Shown here: one piece after another, positions 13,780-25,179 of the stretch
Layout: every line of letters begins with the position of its first letter
Numbering within the stretch: the stretch's first letter is position 1
Assembly (NCBI RefSeq): GCF_001194135.2
Contig: NC_068984.1
Location: forward strand, 7,418,456 to 7,465,201
Direction: 5' to 3'
Source of the DNA: Octopus bimaculoides
Lineage: Eukaryota
Length of the DNA stretch: 46,746 nucleotides
Position numbers and translations under genes: made by a program
Notes under the pieces: model-generated
Databases searched by the model: none
Seen by the model: the letters and a program-made list of their open reading frames with translations, nothing else
What the model was told of the DNA's origin: nothing

Positions 13780-14490
13780 AGGTCATGGTATCCAGCACTC
13801 TATAATGAAAGAGAAAATCCGCAAGGAACGACGGGTAAGAATAGTCCTAATCTCAAAATTAAATGTTGCTAACAGAATTAATGCGATCAATTCTTTGGCC
13901 ATAGCAGTAACCACATTTAGCTTCGGTATCATTAAGTAGCGTCTCACTGACATGCAGAATATGGAAGGAAAGATTCGTAAAACCTTTACAACGTACCGAA
14001 TGCAATATCCAAAATCAGGTGTAGACAAGATTTATCTTCCAAGAAAAATAGGTGGAAGAGGCCTGATGCAGCTTGAGCTATCCTTCAAATCATCAATAAT
14101 AGGCCTTGAAACGTATCTTTATACAATAAGTGATGTGCTCTTACAAACTGCTCTGAAGCATGAAGATTCCAAGCAAGCTTCAGTCATGAAGCTTAGAAAG
14201 AAATTTTAAAAAGTCTCTTGGCCTACAAGTTAATAATAAGAATGACAAAAGACACCCAAATACTGACAGACCTACTATTGGTTCTCCTGATTTCGAAATT
14301 AACAATCAGAAAGACCAACGAGATCCAAATACTGACAAACCTATCACTGATGCAAAAAAAAAACATTAAACAAAAAGCAAAGAAGGCTTGCATGAATAAT
14401 ATCGAAGACAACTCGAAAGGCAAACACCTGCATGGAAAATGCCCTACCCACCTGTTCAAGCCAGATATTGATCAGACTCTAACACACTAA
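13780..14490 (+). mobile_element. R4/Dong-clade RLE non-LTR retrotransposon fragment (RT C-terminal region)
   Basis: KLNVANRINAINSLAIAV...MQYPKSGVDKIYLPRKIGGRGLMQLELSFKSSIIGLETYL...KHLHGKCP. The DxLYLPRxxGGRGL motif is characteristic. Lies directly after (TAA)n at 13674-13770; contains stops. Confidence 0.85.
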
Positions 14491-14491
14491 T

Positions 14492-15420
14492 CATCGGATT
14501 AATTTGAGCAAGAATTTCGATTTCTTGGCCAATCCAGTTTTGCTGGTCCAGGACAGCGATTTCCAAGATACGGATTTCGTCCTCAATGTCATAGCATTTT
14601 ATTTCTATTTCAGGAGGCACATTCTTTATTTTAATTTTTGTGACCCTACGACCAAGGTATGTAGGGATTATCAGTAAATTTTCAAACTGGAAGGACTTTG
14701 TGGGGTGGTCCTTGGCTCTTTCATCACTGTCGAATCGAACTTCGATTGTGGCAAATCTGTTTCCCCGTGTGATGTAGTCTTTAAAGGCCCATATAGGCCT
14801 TAAACATTCTTCAACATTTTCTTTAGTGGCCTTTTCGTATAGCCTTGTTTTTAGGTTGAATGTCCTGTAAATAATTGTTTTCTTTTCGATTACTTCCGTG
14901 ATGCTTTGTGGTGTCTGTAGTTGTATGCTGAGGTCGTCTTTTTTTTAACATTGCTTTACAGGTGAGCAGTTCTTCTTTGGAAAAGCACGTGACTTTTCTT
15001 TAACTTTAAAGCTGCGGCAAAATTGTTTTCAGTATTCGTATTGGTTGTGGTAGTGATGATGGTAGTGGTGGAGCCAGTGGTTTTAGTAGCAGAAGCATTC
15101 GTGCCTTCTAAGGCCCGTGTGCGTTCACGCGGAACGGCTTTGCTTTGAGCTTCCTTCGCCTCTAGCATTGGTAGAGGTGGGAAGACGTCATCCTGGTTTC
15201 ACTTAGCCATATTTGTTTAGAAATATGGCAAGGAAATCGAAGAAAATAGAAATGTAAATAGGTTTGAAACTGCTCCTAGGGGTCAATTCCTCCCTTGAAA
15301 ACACACTCAAACAAAAGCTGGGTGCTTTTCACCCCTTGTGTGCAAAAATTGAAACAAAATGTGTGCAATAAAAGGTCGAAAAAAGGGGTTACCTACGGAG
15401 CCAATGCGACATCACGTCAG
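14492..15420 (-). mobile_element. 5' end of an L1/Tx1-like LINE: 5'UTR plus frameshifted ORF1
   Basis: About 150 stop-free codons (about 14500-14940): DDLSIQLQTPQSITEVIEKKTIIYRTFNLKTRLYEKATKENVEECLRPIW...RFATIEVRFDSDERAK...IIPTYLGRRVTKIKIKNVPPEI, with an RRM-like pattern. Low-complexity N-terminus to 15168 via two frameshifts. Begins right at a (TCTA)n tract. Clade assignment is from recall. Confidence 0.5.
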
Positions 15421-15423
15421 TCG

Positions 15424-15453
15424 ATAGATAGATACATAGATAGATAGATAGAC

Positions 15454-15513
<60 letters not shown>

Positions 15514-15541
15514 TGACAGAGAGATAGATAGATTAACAGAG

Positions 15542-15589
<48 letters not shown>

Positions 15590-15603
15590 TGANNNNNNNN
15601 NNN

Positions 15604-15655
<52 letters not shown>

Positions 15656-15656
15656 T

Positions 15657-15706
<50 letters not shown>
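15424..15706 (+). repeat. (TAGA)n plus (GA)n compound micro-satellite
   Basis: Direct reading; interrupted by an N gap. Confidence 0.95.
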
Positions 15707-15708
<2 letters not shown>

Positions 15709-16200
15709 TTTCTTTATTAGCCACACAGGGCTGAACACAGAGGGGACAAAATACAAAGTAGAGCTTTTCTTTTTGGGAAGAGTAAAAAGGAGGTGGGTAG
15801 AAACTCGATCAAAAGGGATCGTGGAAAAGAAAAAAAGAAGCCGATCAATAGGGATCGTGTAACACAGAAATGACGTAATGTAAACGGGGAAACAGATTAG
15901 GTTTATCCGTGGAAAGAAAAGCCTAAAGAGATAGATAGAGTTTAGTTCCTGTAACTTTCCTGAAAGAACAGCAGTCTGTTTTCCCATATGACGGAGACTA
16001 GGTATATATCATTAGAATATGTGTGTGAAGAACATATTCAAAGAAAATAATGTACTAGCTATGAATCGGTGTGTATTTGTTGAGAAGGGAAGGGGTGTAG
16101 GAGTATCCGTGCTTTTGTACATGTCCATTTTGAGAAGTTATATAAAATAGTTTGCGGTTGGGTTACAGTAAGATAGAAAAGAAATTATATTTGATCGAAT
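15707..16200 (-). mobile_element. Probable 3'UTR/3' end of a LINE running into (TC)n
   Basis: Pyrimidine-rich non-coding stretch with an internal GATC(C)CT(A/T)TTGATCG duplication. Ends AATAAAGAAACA then (TC)n/(TCTA)n on the minus strand. Confidence 0.4.
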
Positions 16201-16308
16201 ATTAGCTGGCAGGCTCCGTTAATTCCGGCATAAAAGGAAATTTCAATTATATGTTTGATTTTTTAATTTTATTTTCAAATTAATATCTTTTCTATGCANN
16301 NNNNNNNN

Positions 16309-16361
<53 letters not shown>

Positions 16362-16709
16362 ACACCCACACACACATACACACACATACACACACATACA
16401 CACACATATACACTCACACACAAACACACAAACACAAACAAAACACACACACTCGCGCTCAAACTCGCGCTCTCACTCTCTCATGCACTCACACACACTC
16501 ATGCACACACGCACACACATACACTCACACACAAATACACACACACACACACACACACATACACACACATAATCACACACACTCACGCTCAAACTCGCGC
16601 TCTTTATCTCTCTCTCTATCTCTCATGCACTCACACACACTCATGCACATACGCACACACATACACTCACACACACATACTCTGACACACACATATACTC
16701 ACACACACA

Positions 16710-16775
<66 letters not shown>
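16309..16775 (+). repeat. (CA)n-rich low-complexity tract with an internal duplication (CTCAAACTCGCGCTC...TCATGCACTCACACACAC twice)
   Basis: Direct reading. Confidence 0.9.
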
Positions 16776-16777
<2 letters not shown>

Positions 16778-17698
16778 GGCATATTCAAATAGTAAAACAT
16801 TTTAGAAACCATTTTTAGAAATCTATGCTTTCAGTTGCATATATTGAAATTTCGCGATTACGTCATCAAACTGTGAAGCGTTTTCTAAGAATAACTTTCG
16901 CATTATAAAGAATAATTAAATTCTTTTACCAAAGATAGATAAATATATTTAAAAACGCATACAAAGAAATGCCATAACGGATTATAGAATATTTGAATAT
17001 CCAAGTGTGATGGATAATTACTAAATTGCTTTGATGCGGTAATTATAAAGTTAAGAGCTTTCATGGAGCAAAATTTCCTTCCAGTGCACATTGCTACCGA
17101 TTCTATTTGCATATAAGCGTGTAATTAATTGGTGAAACAATTAGATTTGTGGGTACAGAAGTGTGTATAAATATGATAACAGTAGCTCGGGAGACCAGTG
17201 TTCATTAGATATTATGTGCTAAGCATTCTGGCCACGCAACGCAACTATTTTTGTGTGGTGGTTTGTCATGTATACGTTTAGGCTCTTCTCCATGAATGAT
17301 AAGTTTCGTGTGTAAATAATCCTTTCTGCTATGAAGCAATGTACATTGAAACCTTCCAAGTGGCCTTTTTCAAACACTTGAATACTTCAGTACCTCATAG
17401 TGATGCAAAAATAGTCATAGTTTTTCGGTATCTATTGTTGCGTGCCGTATTCATTGACAGCCAAGGCCAAACTACACAAGTACCGGACTACTGACCCTGC
17501 GGAAGGACTACTTCACGGAAGTGAACGCGTAGTCCATTCGTTGGATTTTGGAAGCTAGCTAAACTGAAGAGAGGTAACTAATGGTCATCCCGCTTAACCA
17601 GCAGGATAGCTTCATTAAAACAAGCTAAGACATAAATATACATAGCTATAAATTAATGATGCAGTAAATTAATGATGCAGGCTGAATCAAGATTTTTG

Positions 17699-18080
17699 TG
17701 GAGGTGCAATGGCCCAGTGGTTAGGGCAGCGGATTCGCGGTGCTGGGATCGCGGTTTCGATTCCAAGATCGGGCGTTGTGAGTGTTTATTGAGCGAAAAC
17801 ACCTAAAGCTCCATGAAATTCCGGCAGGGGGTGGTGAAGAACTCTGCTGTACTCTTTCACCACAACTTTCACCCTTTCTTCCTGTTTCTGTTGTACCTGT
17901 ATTTAAAAAAAAAAGGTCTAGCCTTGTCACACACTGTATCACACTGAATCTGCCCCAGAACTACGTTAAGGTTACACGTGTCTGTGGAGTGCTCAGCCAC
18001 TTGCACGTTAATTTCACGAGCAAGCTGTTCCGTGATCGGATCAACTGGAACCCTCGCCGTCGCAACCGATGGAGTGCCAC
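17699..18080 (+). mobile_element. SINE family B, full length (head GGAGGTGCAATGGCCCAGTGGTTAGG...GTTTCGATTCC; tail ...GATCAACTGGAACCCTCG...GGAGTGCCAC)
   Basis: A and B box-like motifs. Similar copies at about 6627-6992(-), 13199-13522(-), 29440-29815(+), 33218-33531(-), 33643-33902(-, internally deleted). Confidence 0.9.
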
Positions 18081-18665
18081 GATTAAGATTTAAAATGTAC
18101 CAACTGAAAGGACTAGTTTAAGGTAGTTTCAAACGCAATTTCTTGGTGAAATTTCTCAGTCTTAAGTCTTTATAGTCTTTGTGCAAATAAAAGCAACTGT
18201 TTCGTTTAAACTATAATAATGTCTCTCAATGTATTTTTTTTTATATAATTGATAGAAACATCGTCGCTTTGAAATGATGTTATTTTTATGACTTCAGTCA
18301 ACAAAGGTATTATTCCACTTTTGTGATTCGATGTAATCAAAAATAATTGTCCCAAAAATGTTATTGGTTCCTCTTCTATTGGCCCGAGATCGATGAATAA
18401 CAAGGTGAAACCAGTATTGTCTCAAAACAGAAATACAAATTACTACATTGTGTGTGTGTATGTGTGCGTGCATTTGGGTGTGCGTATGTGTGTGTGTGTG
18501 ACAAAAGAATACCACTTAAATTGTTTGCCAATGTTAATAAATTGTTTAACATTCAATGTTTCTTCTTTCTCTTTGATAATTCATAAGCATTGATATTCAA
18601 CAATGGATGTCTAAGTCTTATTTACTTTACGAGGACGTAAATGATAGTTGCAGCGCAAAGGACTC

Positions 18666-18720
<55 letters not shown>

Positions 18721-19249
18721 NNNNNNNNNNNNNNNTACACACACACACACACACACACATACATAACATACATACATACATACACATGCACACACACACA
18801 TAACACAAACACACACGCACAAATCTTCCGAAAGTTATTAGTGATGTAAGCGACATAAAATAGTTATAACCAAAACATGAAACAACGCAAAACTCTGTTG
18901 TTCTCGTACAAGAATTTTCCTACATTCCTGCACAATTTACAATTACATTTACATCTTTATGAATGTTATTTAAAAAATTTTCTTTAAAAAAAAACAAAAG
19001 CCTCTTATATAAACCCAGGAAAAAAATCTTGATCCTTAAAAAAAAAATCTTATATCCAAGAAACGAGTTTAATCCTTAAACGATTCCTTGGAAATGTAAA
19101 CTAGGAACTTCATTGAAGGCCTGACTTGATAATTTATGGTAATTTTATAGGTTTGTCTTCCGTCCAGGCTTTTTTATGTTAATAACCTCCATCATAAATG
19201 AAAAAGAAACGTAATTTTATAGAGAACTTATCCAAGCAATCGAAACCTG

Positions 19250-19700
19250 AAAAAAATGAATGCGTGAAAGAAGGATTTATTTATTAATGTGAAAACACAT
19301 AACGAAATTGTGGAGGCCATGGATGTATAAAACTATAATAGGATGATCAATGGAACAAAGTAAGCAATGAATATACCTTTAAGTTTAAAGGACCGTTCCT
19401 AGCTATATTCTATATGAATATTGCATCACTATTAAAGAATCTACTGGCATAATATTTAGGATATGCTGTGAGAGTGGATCATAATGAAATGGCAGTGTTA
19501 AGAAAATAAGGAAAACTTCCCAAAAACTGCTCCACAAAACCGTAAATTATTCCAGATTTGCAATAGGTTTAAAAGCTACTTACACAAGCAGAAAATTATT
19601 ATTAGAGAGAGCAAGAAAAAAATCAAGAAGTTTAGAGCAAGAACCAAACGACACAGAGAATATAATAATAAAAAAATAGATTGTGAATCCAACGTACAAG
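19250..19700 (+). mobile_element. Highly decayed RTE-like LINE remnant
   Basis: Patchy translation QWNKVSNE...LLKNLLA*YLGYAVRVDHNE...GKLPK, echoing WQDKVxNxEVL...RLRWLGHVxRMD. Many stops and frameshifts. Confidence 0.3.
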
Positions 19701-20127
19701 AACGGAAAATGACTATAAATATTACAGAGTTTTTAAAACACATCATCCATGTTAGAAAATAAAGATTATTAAAGGGTGCATGTGTTTGTAAGCTACGGCA
19801 TATACTTAAGAATACATCATATTTAATGGATATTAATACAGTTTAAATATAGCTTGGGAATACTTAAAGTATTGAAAAGTAAGTCTAATAATAATAATAA
19901 TAATAATAATCATAATAATAATAACACGCAGCACGGAATTTTGTCAGTGAACAGGTCACGGTTTCAAAGCGACGAAAATATTTTGACAAATTAAATTTAA
20001 ATGTTGAAGTGAATTTAACGGTTTTTGTGTGTGTTTTAAATGGCTTATAAACACCTTCCACGCTGCGATTGTTTTTGTTTCAGCACACGATCTTAGATCA
20101 GGTCACTTGCTATGCAAGTACATCTCC

Positions 20128-20201
<74 letters not shown>

Positions 20202-20204
20202 TAT

Positions 20205-20760
20205 TATTATAGCAGTACCAGGCAGTGGCTCTCATGGCTTCTGATCTTAATTAATTGGAAGTGTTATCATGTACATTGTTTTATATTGGTATAAAAGATG
20301 GGCTACAGCAAATATTCTGCTCAATACCACAGATTTGCTTCTCCGCTGTTTGACCTTAACGAGTTGAGCATGTCCCTTGGTGGCTGACGATATGTGCATC
20401 TCTGATCATGAGCAGAAGTAGTGGGGGAGCATCATAGCCATGTGTTCAGAGGAATTCTTTGAGGCTTAAATAATTCACCTTTGGAAACATAGGTGTTTTG
20501 CTCAACATGCTTAAACAAACCTTATTTATGAACCTTTTGAGTGGGATGGGCTACTCGACCCGAAGAAAATTCTAACTGGGCCCCACCTGTGACGTCATGT
20601 GTTTTTTATCTTGATATGAGATCACCATGTCACGCACATATGGTTGTGATGCATGTGCCTGATGTACCCTTATCAGACTGGTAGTCATGATGGGTATAAT
20701 GGGCTTCGTATATTTTACCCCAGTGTCACTTTGATGGTATGCACTGCTCTCTCACTCAAA
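20205..20760. mobile_element. Unclassified ~550-bp non-coding interspersed repeat bounded by (TAA)n
   Basis: A second partial, diverged copy lies at about 21200-21510, sharing CAGCAAATATTCTG.TCAATACCACAGATTTGCTT and ATGTCCCTTGGTGGCTG. No ORF. Confidence 0.7.
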
Positions 20761-20773
20761 AAAATAATAAATA

Positions 20774-20838
<65 letters not shown>

Positions 20839-20876
20839 GGATAATAATAATAATAATAGTAATAATAATAATATTG

Positions 20877-21195
20877 ATAAATATGGAGCCCTGACAATTG
20901 AGATCGCTAAGATGTGGCAGCTAAGACGAGAGTCAAACATAAAGGTTATCCCTATAGTCATCAGAGCATTGGGTTCAATACCACCCAATCTGGAAAAACA
21001 TCTGAAAACCTTAGAAATACCCTACAATCTAGGTGTATTGCAAAAGTCGGCATTACTTAGAATTGCACGCATATTGCGTAAAATACTGTCTGTCTGATGT
21101 TCTTGTTGTGACTTGACAGCGATACAAACTCCCGGTAGACACAATATCGTCAATGAACAACCTCACGATATTATATACTGTGCGACGTCTATAAT
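20877..21195 (+). mobile_element. 5'-truncated R4/Dong-clade element: RLE C-terminus plus 3'UTR
   Basis: KYGALTIEIAKMWQLRRESNIKVIPIVIRALGSIPPNLEKHLKTLEI...LQKSALLRIARILRKILSV*. Preceded by (TAA)n 20763-20875; the 3'UTR ends in TATAATAGTAAT. Confidence 0.85.
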
Positions 21196-21636
21196 AGTAA
21201 TGCCCCGGTGCAATGCCAGGCAGCAGCTGACATGGCTTCTAAGCTTATTGGAAGCGTTAACAGGTACAAGTTAACAGGTTAACAGCGTTAACAGGTTAAC
21301 AGGTTAACAGCGTTAACAGGTACAAGTTTTGTTTTCGTGTAAAAAATATGTGCTACAGTTACAGCAAATATTCTGTTCAATACCACAGATTTGCTTATCA
21401 GTTGTTTAACCTTAACCAGTTGAGTATGTCCCTTGGTGGCTGGCGATACGTGAATCTCTGAATACGAGTAGGGTTAGTAGGGGAGCATCACAGCCATGTG
21501 TCGAGAGGAACTGATGATGAGGTGTCCAACCTGGATGATGACGTGTCCAGCCAACATTTTTGGATTAGTGGTAGTTTAAAAACTAACATTCGAATTTATA
21601 GAGAAAAAATAACTATAAGGGGTATGACATATATAC

Positions 21637-21667
<31 letters not shown>

Positions 21668-21740
21668 TGTATGTATGTATGTATGTGTGTATGTATGTAT
21701 GTACATTCTGTACGTATATGCATATATACTTATATACACA

Positions 21741-21923
21741 CGTAGGAGTGGCTGTGTGGTAAGTAGCTTGTTTACCAACCATATGGTTGCGGGTTCAGTC
21801 CCACTGCGTGGCACCTTCGGTAAGTGTCTTCATCTATAGCTTAGGTCCAGACGGAAACTGAAAGAATCCCGTCGTATATATATATATATATATAAATATA
21901 CAGTAATATATATATATTACATA

Positions 21924-21960
<37 letters not shown>

Positions 21961-22165
21961 GTGTATCTGTGTGTTTATCCCCTAACATCGCTTGACAACC
22001 GATGGTGGTGTGTTTACGTCCCCTTGGTGGTTCGGCAAAAGATACCGATAGAAGAAGTACTGGGCTTACAAAGAATAAGTCCTGGGGTTGTTTTGCTCGA
22101 CTAAAGGCGGTGCTTCAGCATGGCCACGCAGTCAAATGACTGAAACAAGTAAAAGAATAAAAGAA
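21741..22165 (+). mobile_element. SINE family A, full length: tRNA-like head, CORE-like box, internal (TA)n(TG)n, tail ...GACTGAAACAAGTAAAAGA
   Basis: GTGGCTGTGTGGTAAG / GGGTTCAGTCCC / GGCACCTT.GG.AAGTGTCTT. Homologous pieces at about 195-402(+), 2146-2372(-), 3759-3930(+), 4451-4690(+), 5680-6045(+), 7775-7860(+), 9135-9205(+), 10178-10470(-), 12300-12385(-), 25970-26195(+), 36101-36745(+). Confidence 0.85.
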
Positions 22166-23899
22166 TTTATGTATATATATAGAGAGAGAAATAGAAAGAG
22201 AGAGGGGAAAATGTGAGCTCTATGATAAACCTAACTATAATGAATAGTCTCTGCTTTTTATAACTTTGACTACACTCAAATCTGACCCCATCTCCAACTG
22301 GTTATCATGGGATCAGTCACCATTTCATGGATCAGTGTCCTGCTATCTACTCGTTTTGCCTCCTCTGTGCCAACCATATCTCTGCCATACGGAGATCGTT
22401 TGTCTCACATGAATTCCCTCCGGGCCCACCCGAAAGATTCATCATTCCAAATGTCGTTACTTATATTATGTAAGCCCACACCTTAGGTCTCCCATTATTG
22501 ACCGTATAAAATTCTTCTTACAAAGTCACCCTGATATAATTGTTTACATAATTATCATAATTTTCCTTCAGTCATCGATTTGTGCTTGTTCAGAATAAAC
22601 AACAGCCGCATCGCGTCACCGGTTTAACAACGCCAGCGATAGCTACGGGTACAGCCTTTACCGCAGATCGAACTATTAAAATGAAAATGATCAATTTAAC
22701 CTCAGATGTATTTTAGTTCGATGCCTTTGAACTTGAAACCTTTCGCAAATTACTGGAAACATAAAAAAGGTCAGTAATTAGTACAAGAGGTCAGAAACCG
22801 TGACCAGCGTAACTAAATACTTTATTGTCATTTTCTAAGCCGTTTGACATGTCTGATTTATTATCAAGTAAAAGACGTTTTTTATAAAAAAATAATTACT
22901 AGCAACAAAATTGAATCAATCATCTGAAATTTCTCCCATTAAAATAATTAGACACCTACATAGTCAATAAAAACATTACCTGAGCTCTTCTTACGAAAAA
23001 AAAAAAATTCTGATAATGCTTTCATCTTGTCAACGATTAACTAAGCTACTCTGAAACTTCGCAAACAATTAATTTAATTTGGTAAACACCTTCTGATTTT
23101 CTTCGGAGGACCATAAAACTCAGAGATAAAAAAAATACACCAACTTTTCATTACAGTTCGGTTAATCAAAGTATTTTCTCTCCCCCCACTCACTACATCT
23201 CAGTATATATATATATATATNNNNNNNNNNNNNNNNNNNNNNNNNNNNNNNNNNNNNNNNNNNNNNNNNNNNNNNNNNNNNNNNNNNNNNNNNNNNNNNN
23301 NNNNNNNNNNNNNNNNNNNNNNNNNNNNNNNNNNNNNNNNNNNNNNNNNNNNNNNNNNNNNNNNNNNNNNNNNNNNNNNNNNNNNNNNNNNNNNNNNNNN
23401 NNNNNNNNNNNNNNNNNNNNNNNNNNNNNNNNNNNNNNNNNNNNNNNNNNNNNNNNNNNNNNNNNNNNNNNNNNNNNNNNNNNNNNNNNNNNNNNNNNNN
23501 NNNNNNNNNNNNNNNNNNNNNNNNNNNNNNNNNNNNNNNNNNNNNNNNNNNNNNNNNNNNNNNNNNNNNNNNNNNNNNNNNNNNNNNNNNNNNNNNNNNN
23601 NNNNNNNNNNNNNNNNNNNNNNNNNNNNNNNNNNNNNNNNNNNNNNNNNNNNNNNNNNNNNNNNNNGCCCTAACTACTGGGCCATTGCGCCTCCACCTTC
23701 TTTTCATTATGTCTTTGTTAATCTTCTTTCACTAAAGATATTTTATATAGCTAATAACAGTAGTAGTAGTAGTAGCAGCAGCAGCAGCAGTAGTTGTAGT
23801 AGTAGTAGTAAAGAGGAAGAGCAAAGAAAAATAACAACAAACAACAGCAAAAAGCAACAACAATAACAACAACAACCACAACAGCAGTAGTACTAGCAA

Positions 23900-24980
23900 A
23901 ATACTTAGAAACCAAAAGCGGAAGACTATTATATGTAAGAAAGCAAACGGAAGAAAAGGAAACGCCTGTTTGTTTACGCAAGGAGGAGATAAACTAGAAA
24001 CCAGAAAAACAAACCTCAGTGATTTACTGATCTCAGAAGACAACAATGCAGAAATGGTGAAAGAGACAAAACAAAAAAAATCCAAAAAACATGAAAACAG
24101 AACTACAAAAATATAGTAAAGAAGAAATGAGAGAAAAAAATCATTCTACAACCAATGCCCTGGAAGGCTTCGCAGAGAAGTCACCCTAAGTAAAAGCCAA
24201 CAGTGGCTCAACAGTTCTGGACTACATGCAGAAACGGAAGGACTGATTCTTGCTGCACAAGATCAATACCTGACCAGAAACAACTATAAAAGCAAAATAA
24301 TGAAAACAGGTTTCAATACCAAATGCAAAATTTGCAACCTGCGCCACGAGATAGTTGACCACGTCATTGGCTGTCCAGTGTACATACGGACATGACAAAA
24401 TAAATAATTATATCCACTGGACAACAGGCCAAAACTACAGCATTAAAACGAACAGGAAATGGTATAAACATGTACAAAACAAGGTACATGACAACGATCA
24501 GGTCAAAATCTGGGATATATCTGTTCAAGCTGACAAAGAAATAAAGGCTAATCGTCCAGACATAACAATCAAGGATCGGGAAAGAAATACCTGCTCACTT
24601 ATAGACTGGATAATTGGTTATAATAAAAAAAAAATGTGTGAACAAAAACATAGAAGCTATACCTGAACATTTAACACTACACACTATCCAAAAAGTAGCC
24701 CTGCTAGGAACTGACCACATCCTACGCAAGTCAGTATCAATTCAATAGTGCAACCCAAATAAAACAATCGACAAACACAGGACATTCTGTACAGTAAATA
24801 TCCGATAAAATGAACAACCTCCACAATATGTACACTACAGGTCGGATACCCAACAGAAAAATTCAAAATGCTGCACACACACTCTTCAGCAACACAGATG
24901 TGCAGCAGGTGATGCAGTAGAACTCTGTCTGAAACTACCAAATGTTGAACAGCAAGAACAACTACAACAATAATAATAAT
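23900..24980 (+). mobile_element. R4/Dong-clade element 3' portion: CCHC zinc knuckle, PD-(D/E) RLE and 3'UTR
   Basis: QWLNSSGLHAETEGLILAAQDQ...CKICNLRHEIVDHVIGCP, frameshift, RHDKINNYIHW...IWDISVQADKEIKANRPDITIKD...LID, then TIQKVALLGTDHILRKS. Ends in AACAATAATAATAAT. Confidence 0.9.
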
Positions 24981-25179
24981 CCTCGGCCTGAAATCAGTTG
25001 TTGGTGTCAGTGCTGATATGGTACCTATTTCATCGACTTCAAAAATATAAGAAAGTCGACTTGGACGTTATTTGATCTCTGAATGTAAAATCGCAAAAAA
25101 TGTCGCTACATATTTTGTTCAGCGCGAAAACCATCTTACCAGCTCACCGCCATGTTTCTAATATAGGTTCAAAAGAAGG

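Noticed and set aside
17550-17610. CTGAAGAG hammerhead-like start
   Set aside because: No stem II or GAAA follows.
17699-17775. tRNA-like sequences at SINE heads
   Set aside because: A and B boxes are present, but no complete cloverleaf and they continue into SINE bodies; not tRNA genes.
13780-24980. Idea that the 13.8-kb and 24-kb Dong fragments are two halves of one split element
   Set aside because: Both contain the homologous region around the LHG/QWL motifs, so they overlap and are separate insertions.
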